From an uncultured Lachnospiraceae bacterium (GTDB taxonomy: Bacteria; Bacillota; Clostridia; Lachnospirales; Lachnospiraceae), in NCBI GenBank assembly GCA_947625205.1, contig CANQNN010000003.1, positions 110,674 to 174,673 of the forward strand: a DNA stretch of 64,000 nucleotides, read 5' to 3'. How positions within the stretch are numbered: the stretch's first letter is position 1; every line of letters begins with the position of its first letter. This document shows, piece by piece, positions 25,309-34,557 of this stretch. The notes beneath the pieces were generated by a model that was not told where the DNA came from, did not search any database, and saw only the letters and a program-made list of their open reading frames with translations. The position numbers were made by a program, and so were the translations under genes.

Positions 25309-26063
25309 GCCTTTTTCCTCCATCTGCGCCAGAACAGGAACGGACGGAGCGCGTCTTTTACTTTCTGCCATCTGACCTTCCACGGATTTACAAACCGCGG
25401 ATACTGTTCGTTTCTCCCTCTCCACTTATGAAAGATAAAAGGCTTCTCCACATCCATGATCTCGGGTATCATATGTTCATGCCCGAAATATTTTGCCACC
25501 TCAATGGGGGCAAACCTCATGCCGGCATCCTCGATCACATTCTTATATTGGCAGCACAAGAATGTGTCTTCATTATAATCGCCTTCCGCATTTTTTTCCC
25601 ACTTCAATCCGGCCCGTTTCGGATAATCCATCAGCCTTTTACTGCGGATCGACACACTGTTCCCCACGCGGCATATCTGTCCTTTGGAATCGCGGTAGGA
25701 ATGATCGTTATCCGGGAGCGGCCACGGTGATCCGATATAATCGTAATCCAGAAATTCATCCCGCCAGCTCTCAGGGTTTACCACAAAGCCGTCCGCATGA
25801 ACGATCAGCGCATAGTCGGTATGAATATGTCCGCCCAGCTCGTAGACCATTTTATAATTAAATTTATCAATATTGTCCAGCCTGGAAGTATGGGAATACC
25901 GTATGGACCTCGGCAGTGTCAGCGGCTTCCTGTGCGTGATCAGCACCACATCGCCAAACTCAATTCCACGCATACTGTACTGCATGGCGCGGATCGTCTC
26001 ATACAGATCCACGCTTGTCATTGCCGCCAGCGTAACGTTCGGCAGCTTTATTTTGTCAGGCAT
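25305..26063 (-). CDS. DUF5672-like protein (putative glycosyltransferase)
   Basis: 252 aa, soluble. Block ALIVHADGFVVNPESWRDEFLDYDYIGSPW ... VGNSVSIRSKRL resembles the DUF5672 pattern as I recall it (DGF..N...W...FL.YDYIG.PW...GNGGFSLRS). Translationally coupled to the GT17 gene. Confidence 0.45.
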   Translation of the reverse strand: MPDKIKLPNVTLAAMTSVDLYETIRAMQYSMRGIEFGDVVLITHRKPLTLPRSIRYSHTSRLDNIDKFNYKMVYELGGHIHTDYALIVHADGFVVNPESWRDEFLDYDYIGSPWPLPDNDHSYRDSKGQICRVGNSVSIRSKRLMDYPKRAGLKWEKNAEGDYNEDTFLCCQYKNVIEDAGMRFAPIEVAKYFGHEHMIPEIMDVEKPFIFHKWRGRNEQYPRFVNPWKVRWQKVKDALRPFLFWRRWRKKA

Positions 26064-27610
26064 CTCACATACTCCTTATGGTAATACTGTGCGACGGCAA
26101 GATTCAGCCAGTTATACTCATCCTCCGTCAGATCCTCAAAATCAAAGAGCGCCGGCTTCACAGAATAGGGCTGTATCTCCACGCCCCTGACCGTCTCGTC
26201 TAAATAAAGCGCATGACGTTCCATCGCCTCCGCATAGAAAGTCTGCGCCTCACCGTTTACCAGCGACCGCAGCGCGGAAACGCCCGTATAGGTATTTTTA
26301 TCCGCGGTAAAGAGCCACACAGCAAGCACCAGCACAAAGCAGACAGCCGTCATTTTCATTCCCGCCTTATCCATAAACAGACCGAATATATCACCTGTCC
26401 GTAAGTTCTGCACCCCGTTTTCGCCGTACGATCCCGCAGTCTTTCTATGCGTCAGCCAGCCGAACCAGTAAGTCGTCGCCATGATGAGACACAGATAGTA
26501 AACCATCTGGATAATGTTATCCACTCTGGACAGACCGACCGTGCCAATCGCATACAGTGTTGGAGTAAACATCGCCGCGACCACGCACACGCAGCCCAGC
26601 GTGACCCACATCGGATGGCGGAAGTCTCTCCCGGAATCCTTGGCAAGACGCCACAGGATCGGCAGCAGCATAAACCAGATCAGTATGACAAAGACCGGCG
26701 TCCAGCGAATGATGAATACGCCCGCATAATAGAAAGACAGAAGGACGGATCGCACCGCAGAATAGCCCTCAAGCATATCCAGTGCTTCTCTCTGTGCAGT
26801 TCCCGGCGACAAGATATTGAACAGGAACCCTATGCTCTCGACAGCAAAAGGCAGTGCCGCCGCCACGATCTTTCTGCGGTCTCTCAGGGCGGCATAAAGC
26901 ACGAGAAACGCCAGCACGATCTCCGCCTGCAGTCCGGTGATCAGATTACCTCCGCCCACGACCGCAGCCAAAACGACCGCCAAAATGCTATAGGCCGCCT
27001 CTTTGGAGCGTTTTTCGGTCCACAGAGCTGCCGAGACCGCCGTCAGGGCAAAGAACCAAACAGATTCTATCAGGACATAGTGCAGCCCCCCGTTGTACCA
27101 GTAGATGCCTTCAAACGGCGCCTCTAACACCTGATAAAACATAAAGAGTAGGATAAACATAACAAAAGCGCTGCCAGCCTTATCCGCTCCAAGCCACCTG
27201 TGCAGGATATGCCTTCCCAGCACAAACACGGACAAGGACAGCATGCCTATCATCAGGATCGGGACGATGTAAGCGCTGCCGTAATCAAAATTCATCGGAC
27301 AGAGCCCCATCAAAAAACTGGAGACATAAGTGCCATTCATTTCCTGGTAAAACTTCATATCCTGCTGCCATGCCGCCCGCACGGACTGCGCCAGAGAACC
27401 CGTAGCCAGCCATGTATCATGGATCCGCCAGCCGTAATCATAATCGTCGCTGCACATCACATTATATCGCCCGAGGAGCAGAAGCGGAAGCACAGACAGC
27501 ACGAACAAAATACCGGCGTATGCCGCCGCCTTTCTCATCGATGTCCCTTCCAGATGTGCAGATATTCTATCCCGCCATATGGTCGTCCACTGCCGCATTT
27601 TATCTGTCAT
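26048..27610 (-). CDS. Polytopic membrane protein with acidic first-loop motif (GT-C-like, family uncertain)
   Basis: Start set to ATG 27610 (MTDKMRQW), one base after the upstream TAA. About 12 TM. GRYNVMCSDDYDYGWRIHDTW follows TM1 directly. Non-hydrophobic C-terminal ~90 aa. Confidence 0.4.
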   Translation of the reverse strand: MTDKMRQWTTIWRDRISAHLEGTSMRKAAAYAGILFVLSVLPLLLLGRYNVMCSDDYDYGWRIHDTWLATGSLAQSVRAAWQQDMKFYQEMNGTYVSSFLMGLCPMNFDYGSAYIVPILMIGMLSLSVFVLGRHILHRWLGADKAGSAFVMFILLFMFYQVLEAPFEGIYWYNGGLHYVLIESVWFFALTAVSAALWTEKRSKEAAYSILAVVLAAVVGGGNLITGLQAEIVLAFLVLYAALRDRRKIVAAALPFAVESIGFLFNILSPGTAQREALDMLEGYSAVRSVLLSFYYAGVFIIRWTPVFVILIWFMLLPILWRLAKDSGRDFRHPMWVTLGCVCVVAAMFTPTLYAIGTVGLSRVDNIIQMVYYLCLIMATTYWFGWLTHRKTAGSYGENGVQNLRTGDIFGLFMDKAGMKMTAVCFVLVLAVWLFTADKNTYTGVSALRSLVNGEAQTFYAEAMERHALYLDETVRGVEIQPYSVKPALFDFEDLTEDEYNWLNLAVAQYYHKEYVRCLTK

Positions 27611-27611
27611 C

Positions 27612-28676
27612 TTACTCTCCATAAGCACCATTTCCTCCAGTCATTTTCACCAGCCGCTGCAGACGCCGCATTACGCCACGAGCAATCTTTTGCAGATACG
27701 CTTTCTTATAGTAATACCACGCATGCAGCTCCATCAGCTTCAGTCGTATTCCTCCGGGGCGCACATTGACGCCGGCGTATTTTTTTGAAGTCCTCTTATA
27801 TTCCGCCAGTTCCTTCTTGCACTCTTCGGCCGTATACACTCTGCCGCGTCTGTCCATATAATGAAACAGACTGTATATGTTCTGCTCCGACGCCCAATAA
27901 CCGTCCGATACATTATGGCGCGCCCAGTATTTAGGCGCGATCGCATACCGGAGCGTCTCGCTCGTGCAGGCGGGCAGACAGGCAAAGGAAGAATTGGACA
28001 GCAGAAGGTAATAGGCGTTTTTAAGCGTCACATAGTCCTTGCCGATATCAAAATGGTGCGCCTCAATGCCCGGCAGTATATTCTCCGCCGTCTTCACATC
28101 GTCCGTAATGATCACAAACTCCATATCAGGACGGATCCTGCGCATCTGCCTGATGCCGTCCAGCCAGTATCTGCGCTTAAGCAATAGCTCCGGGCTTCCG
28201 GTATATTCGCCGCCCCGCATATTGATGACGCACAGATTCTCCCTGCTGTACTCATAAGAATCATATTCCGGCTTTACCCTGAGCCACGCTCTGACCTGCG
28301 GCAGATATTTCACAAAGTAAGATTCAGCCTGCATATTTCCATAGATCAACGTATTGTCGGCCACATGCAGGATCTCCGGATCCGCCCCTGCAACGTAGCA
28401 GCCGTGCGTCAGATCGTGCCGCGAGTTCCCTGTATACAGTCTGTCTTCCGCATCGTGATAAATGCTGAAACTCTTTTTCTCCTCTTCGGAAATGGCATGC
28501 CCCAAATCTATATCCATAAAGTACATGCCGCGGTCGCTGTGTATATTTACCGCAAAATGCTGCTGCCCTGCGGTGCCAAATTCATACCCATTCTCCAAAG
28601 CTGCCGCTCTGGCAGTCACATAGCAGAACAGCTGGTTCCCCAGCCCTTGTCCGTCAAGAAACTCTGTCCCTACCAT
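27612..28676 (-). CDS. Divergent GT11-like glycosyltransferase (fucosyltransferase-like)
   Basis: GQGLGNQLFCYV (compare GGLGNQMFQYA), VINMRGGEYTG (compare HIRRGDY) and LLLSNSSFACLPA (compare NSTFSWW) keep GT11 block order and spacing, but each block is degenerate. Confidence 0.45.
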   Translation of the reverse strand: MVGTEFLDGQGLGNQLFCYVTARAAALENGYEFGTAGQQHFAVNIHSDRGMYFMDIDLGHAISEEEKKSFSIYHDAEDRLYTGNSRHDLTHGCYVAGADPEILHVADNTLIYGNMQAESYFVKYLPQVRAWLRVKPEYDSYEYSRENLCVINMRGGEYTGSPELLLKRRYWLDGIRQMRRIRPDMEFVIITDDVKTAENILPGIEAHHFDIGKDYVTLKNAYYLLLSNSSFACLPACTSETLRYAIAPKYWARHNVSDGYWASEQNIYSLFHYMDRRGRVYTAEECKKELAEYKRTSKKYAGVNVRPGGIRLKLMELHAWYYYKKAYLQKIARGVMRRLQRLVKMTGGNGAYGE

Positions 28677-28698
28677 ACCGTCCTGTGCCCTCCCTGGG

Positions 28699-30498
28699 TT
28701 ACTCCAATGTTGTCTCCGTAATCTTTTCGTCTTCTACTTTATATATCACATCGCACTTGGCAATGGTATTCAATCTATGTGCGATGATGACCATAGTCTT
28801 TCTGCCGTGAAAGCTGTTGATCGCATCCATAACCGCCTTCTCCGTATCAGTGTCCAGCGCCGATGTGGCCTCGTCAAAAACCAGTATTTCCGGATTGTGA
28901 TACAGAGCTCTCGCAATCCCAAGGCGCTGCCTCTGCCCGCCGGATATCCGTACGCCTCTGTCTCCTATCGTGGTATCCAGCCCTTCCGGCAACTCCTCCA
29001 CAAATTCTTTAAGCTGCGCTTCCTCAAGGACCTCCCAGATGCGTGCATCATCGATCTTATCCGCATCGATTCCGAAGGCGATATTGTCCCTTATGGATTC
29101 GTCGATCAGATAGATAGACTGCGGAATATATCCTATCTTGGCAAGCCATGCCGGATAATGATCAAAAATATTCACCCCGTCACAGGTGATCGTTCCTTCC
29201 TGCGTGTGCAGGAGACCGAGCAAAATGTCTACTATCGTTGATTTGCCGGCGCCGGAAGGCCCCATAATTCCCACTGACTGCCCCTTTTTCACTTCCATAT
29301 GCGCATCCGTAAAGATATTCCTGGTCGTGTTGGGATATGCATAGGTAATATGGTCAAGCACGATCTTATCATGGAGCTCCATCGCAGGCAGTTCCCGGTT
29401 CTCCCCGGCTGTCAGTCCCGTCACGCTGCCGTTTACGTCCATCTTCATGTTCTCATTCAGATTGTCGTACAGATAGTCCAGACAGGGCTGTGAATATGCG
29501 ATCTCAGACAGATATGTGTTGATACGGTTCGTCCCCGGAAGTATCCTGACCGCCGCAACCGCAAAAGCGGACAACTGCGGTACCAGCACGGCGACATCTC
29601 CGCCACGGGAAATATATAACATAATATAGAGAAGCATGGCGCCCATAAAAATGGTCTCGATCAGAAGTCTTGGCGTATTGTTGAGCACCGCGTAATTTCT
29701 CGCCACATTGGCTCCTATGGCGCCGCTCTCATAATAATTCCGCACAAAGAACTCTTCCCGGTGAAGCACCTTGACATCCTTCAGTCCGTAGATGGACTGA
29801 ATGCGCCATTTGGCTATGCGCGACTGGATCTGCTGATTCTTATGTCCGATCGCGTTGAGCCGGGGCTTTAACACCTTCGTGATCACAAGCGTCATGCCCA
29901 GAAAAACGACAACGATAAACAGACTCATGACCGGACTCTTGATCACCAGCACCAGGCACAGGGACACGGCGACCACGATCTCCGTCACCATCTGGATCAT
30001 GACCAGGATCAACTGAAACGCACTGGGAATATCGCTGTCCGTCAGACGAAAGACCGTGGGAATATCCGCTCCCAGATAATCTTCATAGGGTCTGTTCAAA
30101 AATTCACGCATGACCCGGGTGATCATTCTGTTACGGTTACGAGTGACAAAAGTGTTCTGCACATAGGTCTGGAAGATCAAATAACTGTTTTTGACCACAT
30201 ACAGGGCTATCAGTGTTCCGAGCAGGACCATAATAAACTGTCTGCTTGTCCGGATATGCATAAGCTCCGCCACCCGGGACACCAGCGCATTGTCCATAAA
30301 GGACGCAGGATCCATGATGGCTTCCATCACCGGCAGGATCATCCCCACGCCCAGCGTTTCCAGAAGTCCGCCAATCAATATCAAAACGCCCAGCCCGATC
30401 AGCTGGTATTTCTGCTTTTTATCAAAAAGGTAGCTCACCTTATGAAGCAACGAGACTTTACCTTCTTTTCCACTCTTTGCGGCAGTCTGCTCACCCAT
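28699..30498 (-). CDS. ABC exporter, fused permease and ATPase half-transporter (MsbA/PglK type)
   Basis: 599 aa. Six-TM N-terminal domain. Walker A GPSGAGKST, signature ISGGQRQRLGIARAL, Walker B ILVFDEATSALD, H-loop region IIAHRL. Confidence 0.85.
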   Translation of the reverse strand: MGEQTAAKSGKEGKVSLLHKVSYLFDKKQKYQLIGLGVLILIGGLLETLGVGMILPVMEAIMDPASFMDNALVSRVAELMHIRTSRQFIMVLLGTLIALYVVKNSYLIFQTYVQNTFVTRNRNRMITRVMREFLNRPYEDYLGADIPTVFRLTDSDIPSAFQLILVMIQMVTEIVVAVSLCLVLVIKSPVMSLFIVVVFLGMTLVITKVLKPRLNAIGHKNQQIQSRIAKWRIQSIYGLKDVKVLHREEFFVRNYYESGAIGANVARNYAVLNNTPRLLIETIFMGAMLLYIMLYISRGGDVAVLVPQLSAFAVAAVRILPGTNRINTYLSEIAYSQPCLDYLYDNLNENMKMDVNGSVTGLTAGENRELPAMELHDKIVLDHITYAYPNTTRNIFTDAHMEVKKGQSVGIMGPSGAGKSTIVDILLGLLHTQEGTITCDGVNIFDHYPAWLAKIGYIPQSIYLIDESIRDNIAFGIDADKIDDARIWEVLEEAQLKEFVEELPEGLDTTIGDRGVRISGGQRQRLGIARALYHNPEILVFDEATSALDTDTEKAVMDAINSFHGRKTMVIIAHRLNTIAKCDVIYKVEDEKITETTLE

Positions 30499-30561
30499 GT
30501 ACCGTTAATTCCTTTCAACCTTCCAACTCTTGCACACGCCCGGAACCACCGCCGGTCGTTT

Positions 30562-31500
30562 TCACACGCTGATCCTGCGCATATCCTCTCTGTAAATGTC
30601 CCGGCAGTCCCAGCCGTTCAACCACCTGTCAGGCGCAATCACGATCTTATCATCATTCCGGTTCAGATAGGACGCCCACCAGCCAAAGCTGCTGTTCGCC
30701 AGTATATTATGCTTACATCTGCTCATCAGGACAAGCTCTGCATAGTCGTCTTCTTCGGCCGGGTCAACGATCTCCACGGCGTTTTGTCCGTCCCTGGCAT
30801 CCGCCAGTGTATACGCCCACTCCTTGTCGTTCGTAAACAGAAAAAACACACAGCCGGGATGCTCGTCCTTCACAACACGCATTGCTTTTCTGTAATATGC
30901 TTCCGTGCAGATCCCTCCGTACAGATCCCGGTGCTCCGGCATAAGATAATCGCCTCTGCGCACATGTATGCCGACCGACTCAACGGAAGAAATATATAAA
31001 AGCCAGTCATCCAGAGACTTCCTTTTACCGCCGTTTCCGTACTCATCCTGCAGTACACTTCCGGGCGCACGTCTCTCCTGCCGCCTGACATACTGCCATA
31101 ATACGTCCAAGTCATAGACGTTCTTCACCTGATCGGCTATGGACACAAAATACTTCTCCGTCTGCCAGTAGCCTTCCAGATAAATATCGTCCCAGGTCAG
31201 TACTTCGGGATGGTACAGCTTATTCTCCTCGAAATAGGACTTCCTATTCCTGCCGAACAGCTTCCGCCGCACCCTCTGCCACGGCAGCATCGATGAGTCC
31301 AGCATCTGTTCAAGCTCCCTTTTAGTCGGCCTATCGTATTCTATGCCGAAAACCGCCAGCGCCGGCGTGCGTTTATTATCCCCGGCATATCCCGCAACAT
31401 CATCGATCCTGACTTCTTTCCCCAGATTTTTCAATTGCAGATATAGGGCATACTGGAACATCTGATTTCCCAATCCGCCCGCCAACTGTACGATAATCAT
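30562..31500 (-). CDS. GT11 family alpha-1,2-fucosyltransferase
   Basis: MIIVQLAGGLGNQMFQYALY, GIHVRRGDYL and ILANSSFGWWASYLN are canonical GT11 blocks. ATGA overlap with the upstream GT2 gene. Confidence 0.85.
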   Translation of the reverse strand: MIIVQLAGGLGNQMFQYALYLQLKNLGKEVRIDDVAGYAGDNKRTPALAVFGIEYDRPTKRELEQMLDSSMLPWQRVRRKLFGRNRKSYFEENKLYHPEVLTWDDIYLEGYWQTEKYFVSIADQVKNVYDLDVLWQYVRRQERRAPGSVLQDEYGNGGKRKSLDDWLLYISSVESVGIHVRRGDYLMPEHRDLYGGICTEAYYRKAMRVVKDEHPGCVFFLFTNDKEWAYTLADARDGQNAVEIVDPAEEDDYAELVLMSRCKHNILANSSFGWWASYLNRNDDKIVIAPDRWLNGWDCRDIYREDMRRISV

Positions 31501-32576
31501 ATTTTCAAAATCCTTTTGATCTTTGCCTTAAGAGGGATAATGACCTGCTCTTCCAGCCGGATTCTGCGGCTGTATCGGGAGGGTGACTTAAGAAACAGCT
31601 TCATCCTTGCATAGTCCCGCGGATCCGCCTCCGGGCAGCCGTAGGCTCTCTCATAATGATCTCTGTTGTCCTGTATGATTTGCGTAAGCTTCTCTCTGTA
31701 GACCTTATCGTCGGGACTGTCCGACCGATCAAGCTGATCGTAAAAGAGCAGCAGCCTTTTATAGATAAAGTAATCATGAATGTCCGCCAGATCCTGTCGT
31801 CCCAGTTGTTTCAGAAACTCCGTCTTCTCAAAATAAGCCGGAATATGATCCGTAAACGTGCGGGAATTGATCTTTGCACTCATGATGCTTCCCTCTCTGT
31901 CTATTATATAATTATAATGTGCCGTGTCAAGGTAGACGCACCTCTGCACGCGGCTGAGCGCGACTGTCGTAAACAGGATATCCTCATACCATTTTCCCAC
32001 TGGAAATGTGATATCCCCAATAATCTCTCTTCTGTACAGTTTATTCCATGCGGCGTTCTGGATATCATACTCTTCCCGCTCCCGCACATAGTATTCCAGA
32101 GTCTCTTGTCCCTCAAAGACCACTACCCTGTCTACGGAGCCGTCATCTGTCCGGTCCCTGTACACCCGCCGATACCTGCAGACGGCAGCATCCGCCGCCT
32201 GGTCCTTCAGCGCGACCAGCATCCTTTCATACATATCCGGATCGATCCAGTCATCGCCGTCCATAAAGGCAAGATAGCGCCCCGTCATGTTCTGCATACC
32301 CGTGTTGCGGGCATCCGCAAGGCCACCGTTCTCCTTATGGATCACCCGGATCCTCTCATCCGCTGCGGCGGCACGGTCGCAGATACGGCCTGTTTCATCC
32401 GTAGAGCCGTCATCCACCACTATGATCTCCAGCCTGCGGTATGTCTGGTTTCTTATAGAATCCAGCCCTCTCTCAATATAATCTTCGATATTGTATGCCG
32501 CCACGATCACGGATAGCAGCTCCGTCTGCGCTTCCTCCTTTATTGCAGGAGGACGATAGTGCTCCAATATTTTCAT
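31497..32576 (-). CDS. GT2 family glycosyltransferase
   Basis: LLSVIVAAYNIEDYIERGLDSIRNQTYRRLEIIVVDDGSTDETGRICD and GRYLAFMDGDD. Start set to ATG 32576 (MKILEHYRPP), which lies downstream of the upstream stop at 32600. Confidence 0.85.
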   Translation of the reverse strand: MKILEHYRPPAIKEEAQTELLSVIVAAYNIEDYIERGLDSIRNQTYRRLEIIVVDDGSTDETGRICDRAAAADERIRVIHKENGGLADARNTGMQNMTGRYLAFMDGDDWIDPDMYERMLVALKDQAADAAVCRYRRVYRDRTDDGSVDRVVVFEGQETLEYYVREREEYDIQNAAWNKLYRREIIGDITFPVGKWYEDILFTTVALSRVQRCVYLDTAHYNYIIDREGSIMSAKINSRTFTDHIPAYFEKTEFLKQLGRQDLADIHDYFIYKRLLLFYDQLDRSDSPDDKVYREKLTQIIQDNRDHYERAYGCPEADPRDYARMKLFLKSPSRYSRRIRLEEQVIIPLKAKIKRILKI

Positions 32577-32599
32577 CGCCGCCGTTTCCCTTTCCCTGG

Positions 32600-34483
32600 T
32601 CAGTGTATCTTTGTCCCCTCTGCGCACTGCATCCATTGCTGAAACATCAGAATATACCATATCTGCACGCGCCAGATGTCACGTTCAATATAATCGTTCC
32701 ACAGTCTCCGGACGACCCCCGTATTAAGGAGCCCCTGTCTGTCAAGCGTATCGCGGCCGATCAGTTCTTCCGCCCACTCCCGCAGCCCGGCCTCCTTCAA
32801 CCATCTGTGCAGCGGAATGGCAAACCCTTTCTTCGGTCGCTCCATCAGTTCGCGGGGAACATACCGGTAAAGAATATCTCTCAGTATCTTCTTGGTGACG
32901 CCGTCCTTATACCGATAGGAAAAGGGCAGCGTCCATGCAAACTCCACGACGTCCCTGTCCAACATCGGCACTCTTGTCTCAAGAGACACCGCCATCGCCG
33001 TTCTGTCCACTTTCGTCAGAATGTCGTCGGGATGATACATCAGCAGATCCATCAGCATTAGATTGTGCTGCGGCTGCGCCAGAAGTCCCGCCGGATATGT
33101 GTCCATGACGGTGGGACAGTCCGAGCGCTCCCTTACAATATGAAAATTCTCGCCCATCTCTGACCGGAGATACATATCCTCAATGCTGCGGGCCCCCAGC
33201 AGTTTTGCCTTAACGGCAAGGGGACCTTTAACGCCCAAGCTTACGGCATTCAGCACTGCCTCTGCAGGCTTGCGGACGCCATACGGTATCCTGTTGACTT
33301 TATTCCATATCCTACTCACAGAGCTGTAAGTACCGTAACCGCCAAACAGCTCATCCCCTCCGTCTCCGCTCAGGGATACCGTCACATGCTCCTTTGTCAT
33401 TCTGCTCACCAGATAAGTGGGGATCTGCGAGGAATCGGCATAGGGTTCGCCGAACATTGCAGACAGCCGGGGAATCACATCCTTCGCATCCTGCTCCGTA
33501 ATATACAGCTGCGTGTGATCCGTTCCAAGATGACCGGCAATCTTCTGGGCAATGGGCGCCTCATTGTAGTTCTCATCCCACATCCCGATCGTAAAGCTTT
33601 GTACTTTGCGCTCACTCAGAGACTGCATCAGAGATACAACGGTACTGCTGTCGATACCCGCGGACAAAAAAGCCCCCACCGGCACGTCGGCGGACATCTG
33701 CCCCCGTATAGCATTTTTCAGCAGGCGCTCCAGCTCTTCCGCAGCCTCCTCCTCACTTCCCGCAAACAGGTGCTGCTGTCCGTAGACCGCCGTTTCCTGC
33801 ATCGACCAGTAAGTCTCGATCCTGTACTGTTCATAAGGATACGGCAGCACCAGATATCTACCCGGCTGCAGCTTATAGATATTCTCATAAACGGAGTAAG
33901 GCGCGGGAATATATCCGTATCTGAAATAGACAGGCAAAACGCTCCTGTTCACAGAATTGTCAAAACCGTCCAGTGCAGCGATACCGTTTAAATCCGAGGC
34001 AAACACAAACCGCCGGTTCCCCGTGAATCCGTAATAAAGCGGTTTTTCCCCCACCCGGTCGCGTGCCAGCAGCAGCGCCCGCTCCTTCTTATCATATATT
34101 GCAAAAGCAAACATCCCTTTGATCATGCGAAGCGTGTCGGCGGTCCCATATGCAGAGACTGCTTCCAAAAGAACTTCCGTATCCGAGGTTCCCCTGAAAG
34201 CCGTCTTATGCTCCCGGATCAATCTTTCTCTTATCTCCTGATGGTTATAGATCTCCCCGTTAAACGTTATAACATAGCGACCATCGTGCGACTCCATCGG
34301 CTGCGCGCCCGAGGGCGTCAAGTCCACAATGGAAAGACGCCTGTGGCCGAAAGCGACCGTGCGGTCATCAGACGCCCAGACACCCGAAGCATCCGGTCCC
34401 CTGCAGATCATCGCTTCATTCATCCGCTCTATATTACGCTGCCAATCGTCTCCCCAGTTACATAATCCAGCAATCCCGCACAT
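32600..34483 (-). CDS. asnB: Asparagine synthase family glutamine amidotransferase (AsnB/WbpS-like)
   Basis: N-terminal nucleophile MCGIAG, Ntn glutaminase domain, PP-loop FLSAGIDSS. 627 aa. Embedded among glycosyltransferase genes. Confidence 0.85.
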   Translation of the reverse strand: MCGIAGLCNWGDDWQRNIERMNEAMICRGPDASGVWASDDRTVAFGHRRLSIVDLTPSGAQPMESHDGRYVITFNGEIYNHQEIRERLIREHKTAFRGTSDTEVLLEAVSAYGTADTLRMIKGMFAFAIYDKKERALLLARDRVGEKPLYYGFTGNRRFVFASDLNGIAALDGFDNSVNRSVLPVYFRYGYIPAPYSVYENIYKLQPGRYLVLPYPYEQYRIETYWSMQETAVYGQQHLFAGSEEEAAEELERLLKNAIRGQMSADVPVGAFLSAGIDSSTVVSLMQSLSERKVQSFTIGMWDENYNEAPIAQKIAGHLGTDHTQLYITEQDAKDVIPRLSAMFGEPYADSSQIPTYLVSRMTKEHVTVSLSGDGGDELFGGYGTYSSVSRIWNKVNRIPYGVRKPAEAVLNAVSLGVKGPLAVKAKLLGARSIEDMYLRSEMGENFHIVRERSDCPTVMDTYPAGLLAQPQHNLMLMDLLMYHPDDILTKVDRTAMAVSLETRVPMLDRDVVEFAWTLPFSYRYKDGVTKKILRDILYRYVPRELMERPKKGFAIPLHRWLKEAGLREWAEELIGRDTLDRQGLLNTGVVRRLWNDYIERDIWRVQIWYILMFQQWMQCAEGTKIH

Positions 34484-34557
34484 TTATTCATTCCTCTCTG
34501 CACTGCTCATTCCGGCAGCCCATACTTCATCACGCACGATGAATTGTTTACTATTAT

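Noticed and set aside
32600-34483. The two AsnB-family genes (32600-34483 and 37061-38956) as housekeeping asparagine synthetases
   Set aside because: Both are embedded in glycosyltransferase operons beside a uronic-acid pathway, which favours a sugar-carboxyl amidation role. A housekeeping role cannot be excluded without the rest of the genome, so the family call is kept and only the housekeeping interpretation is set aside.
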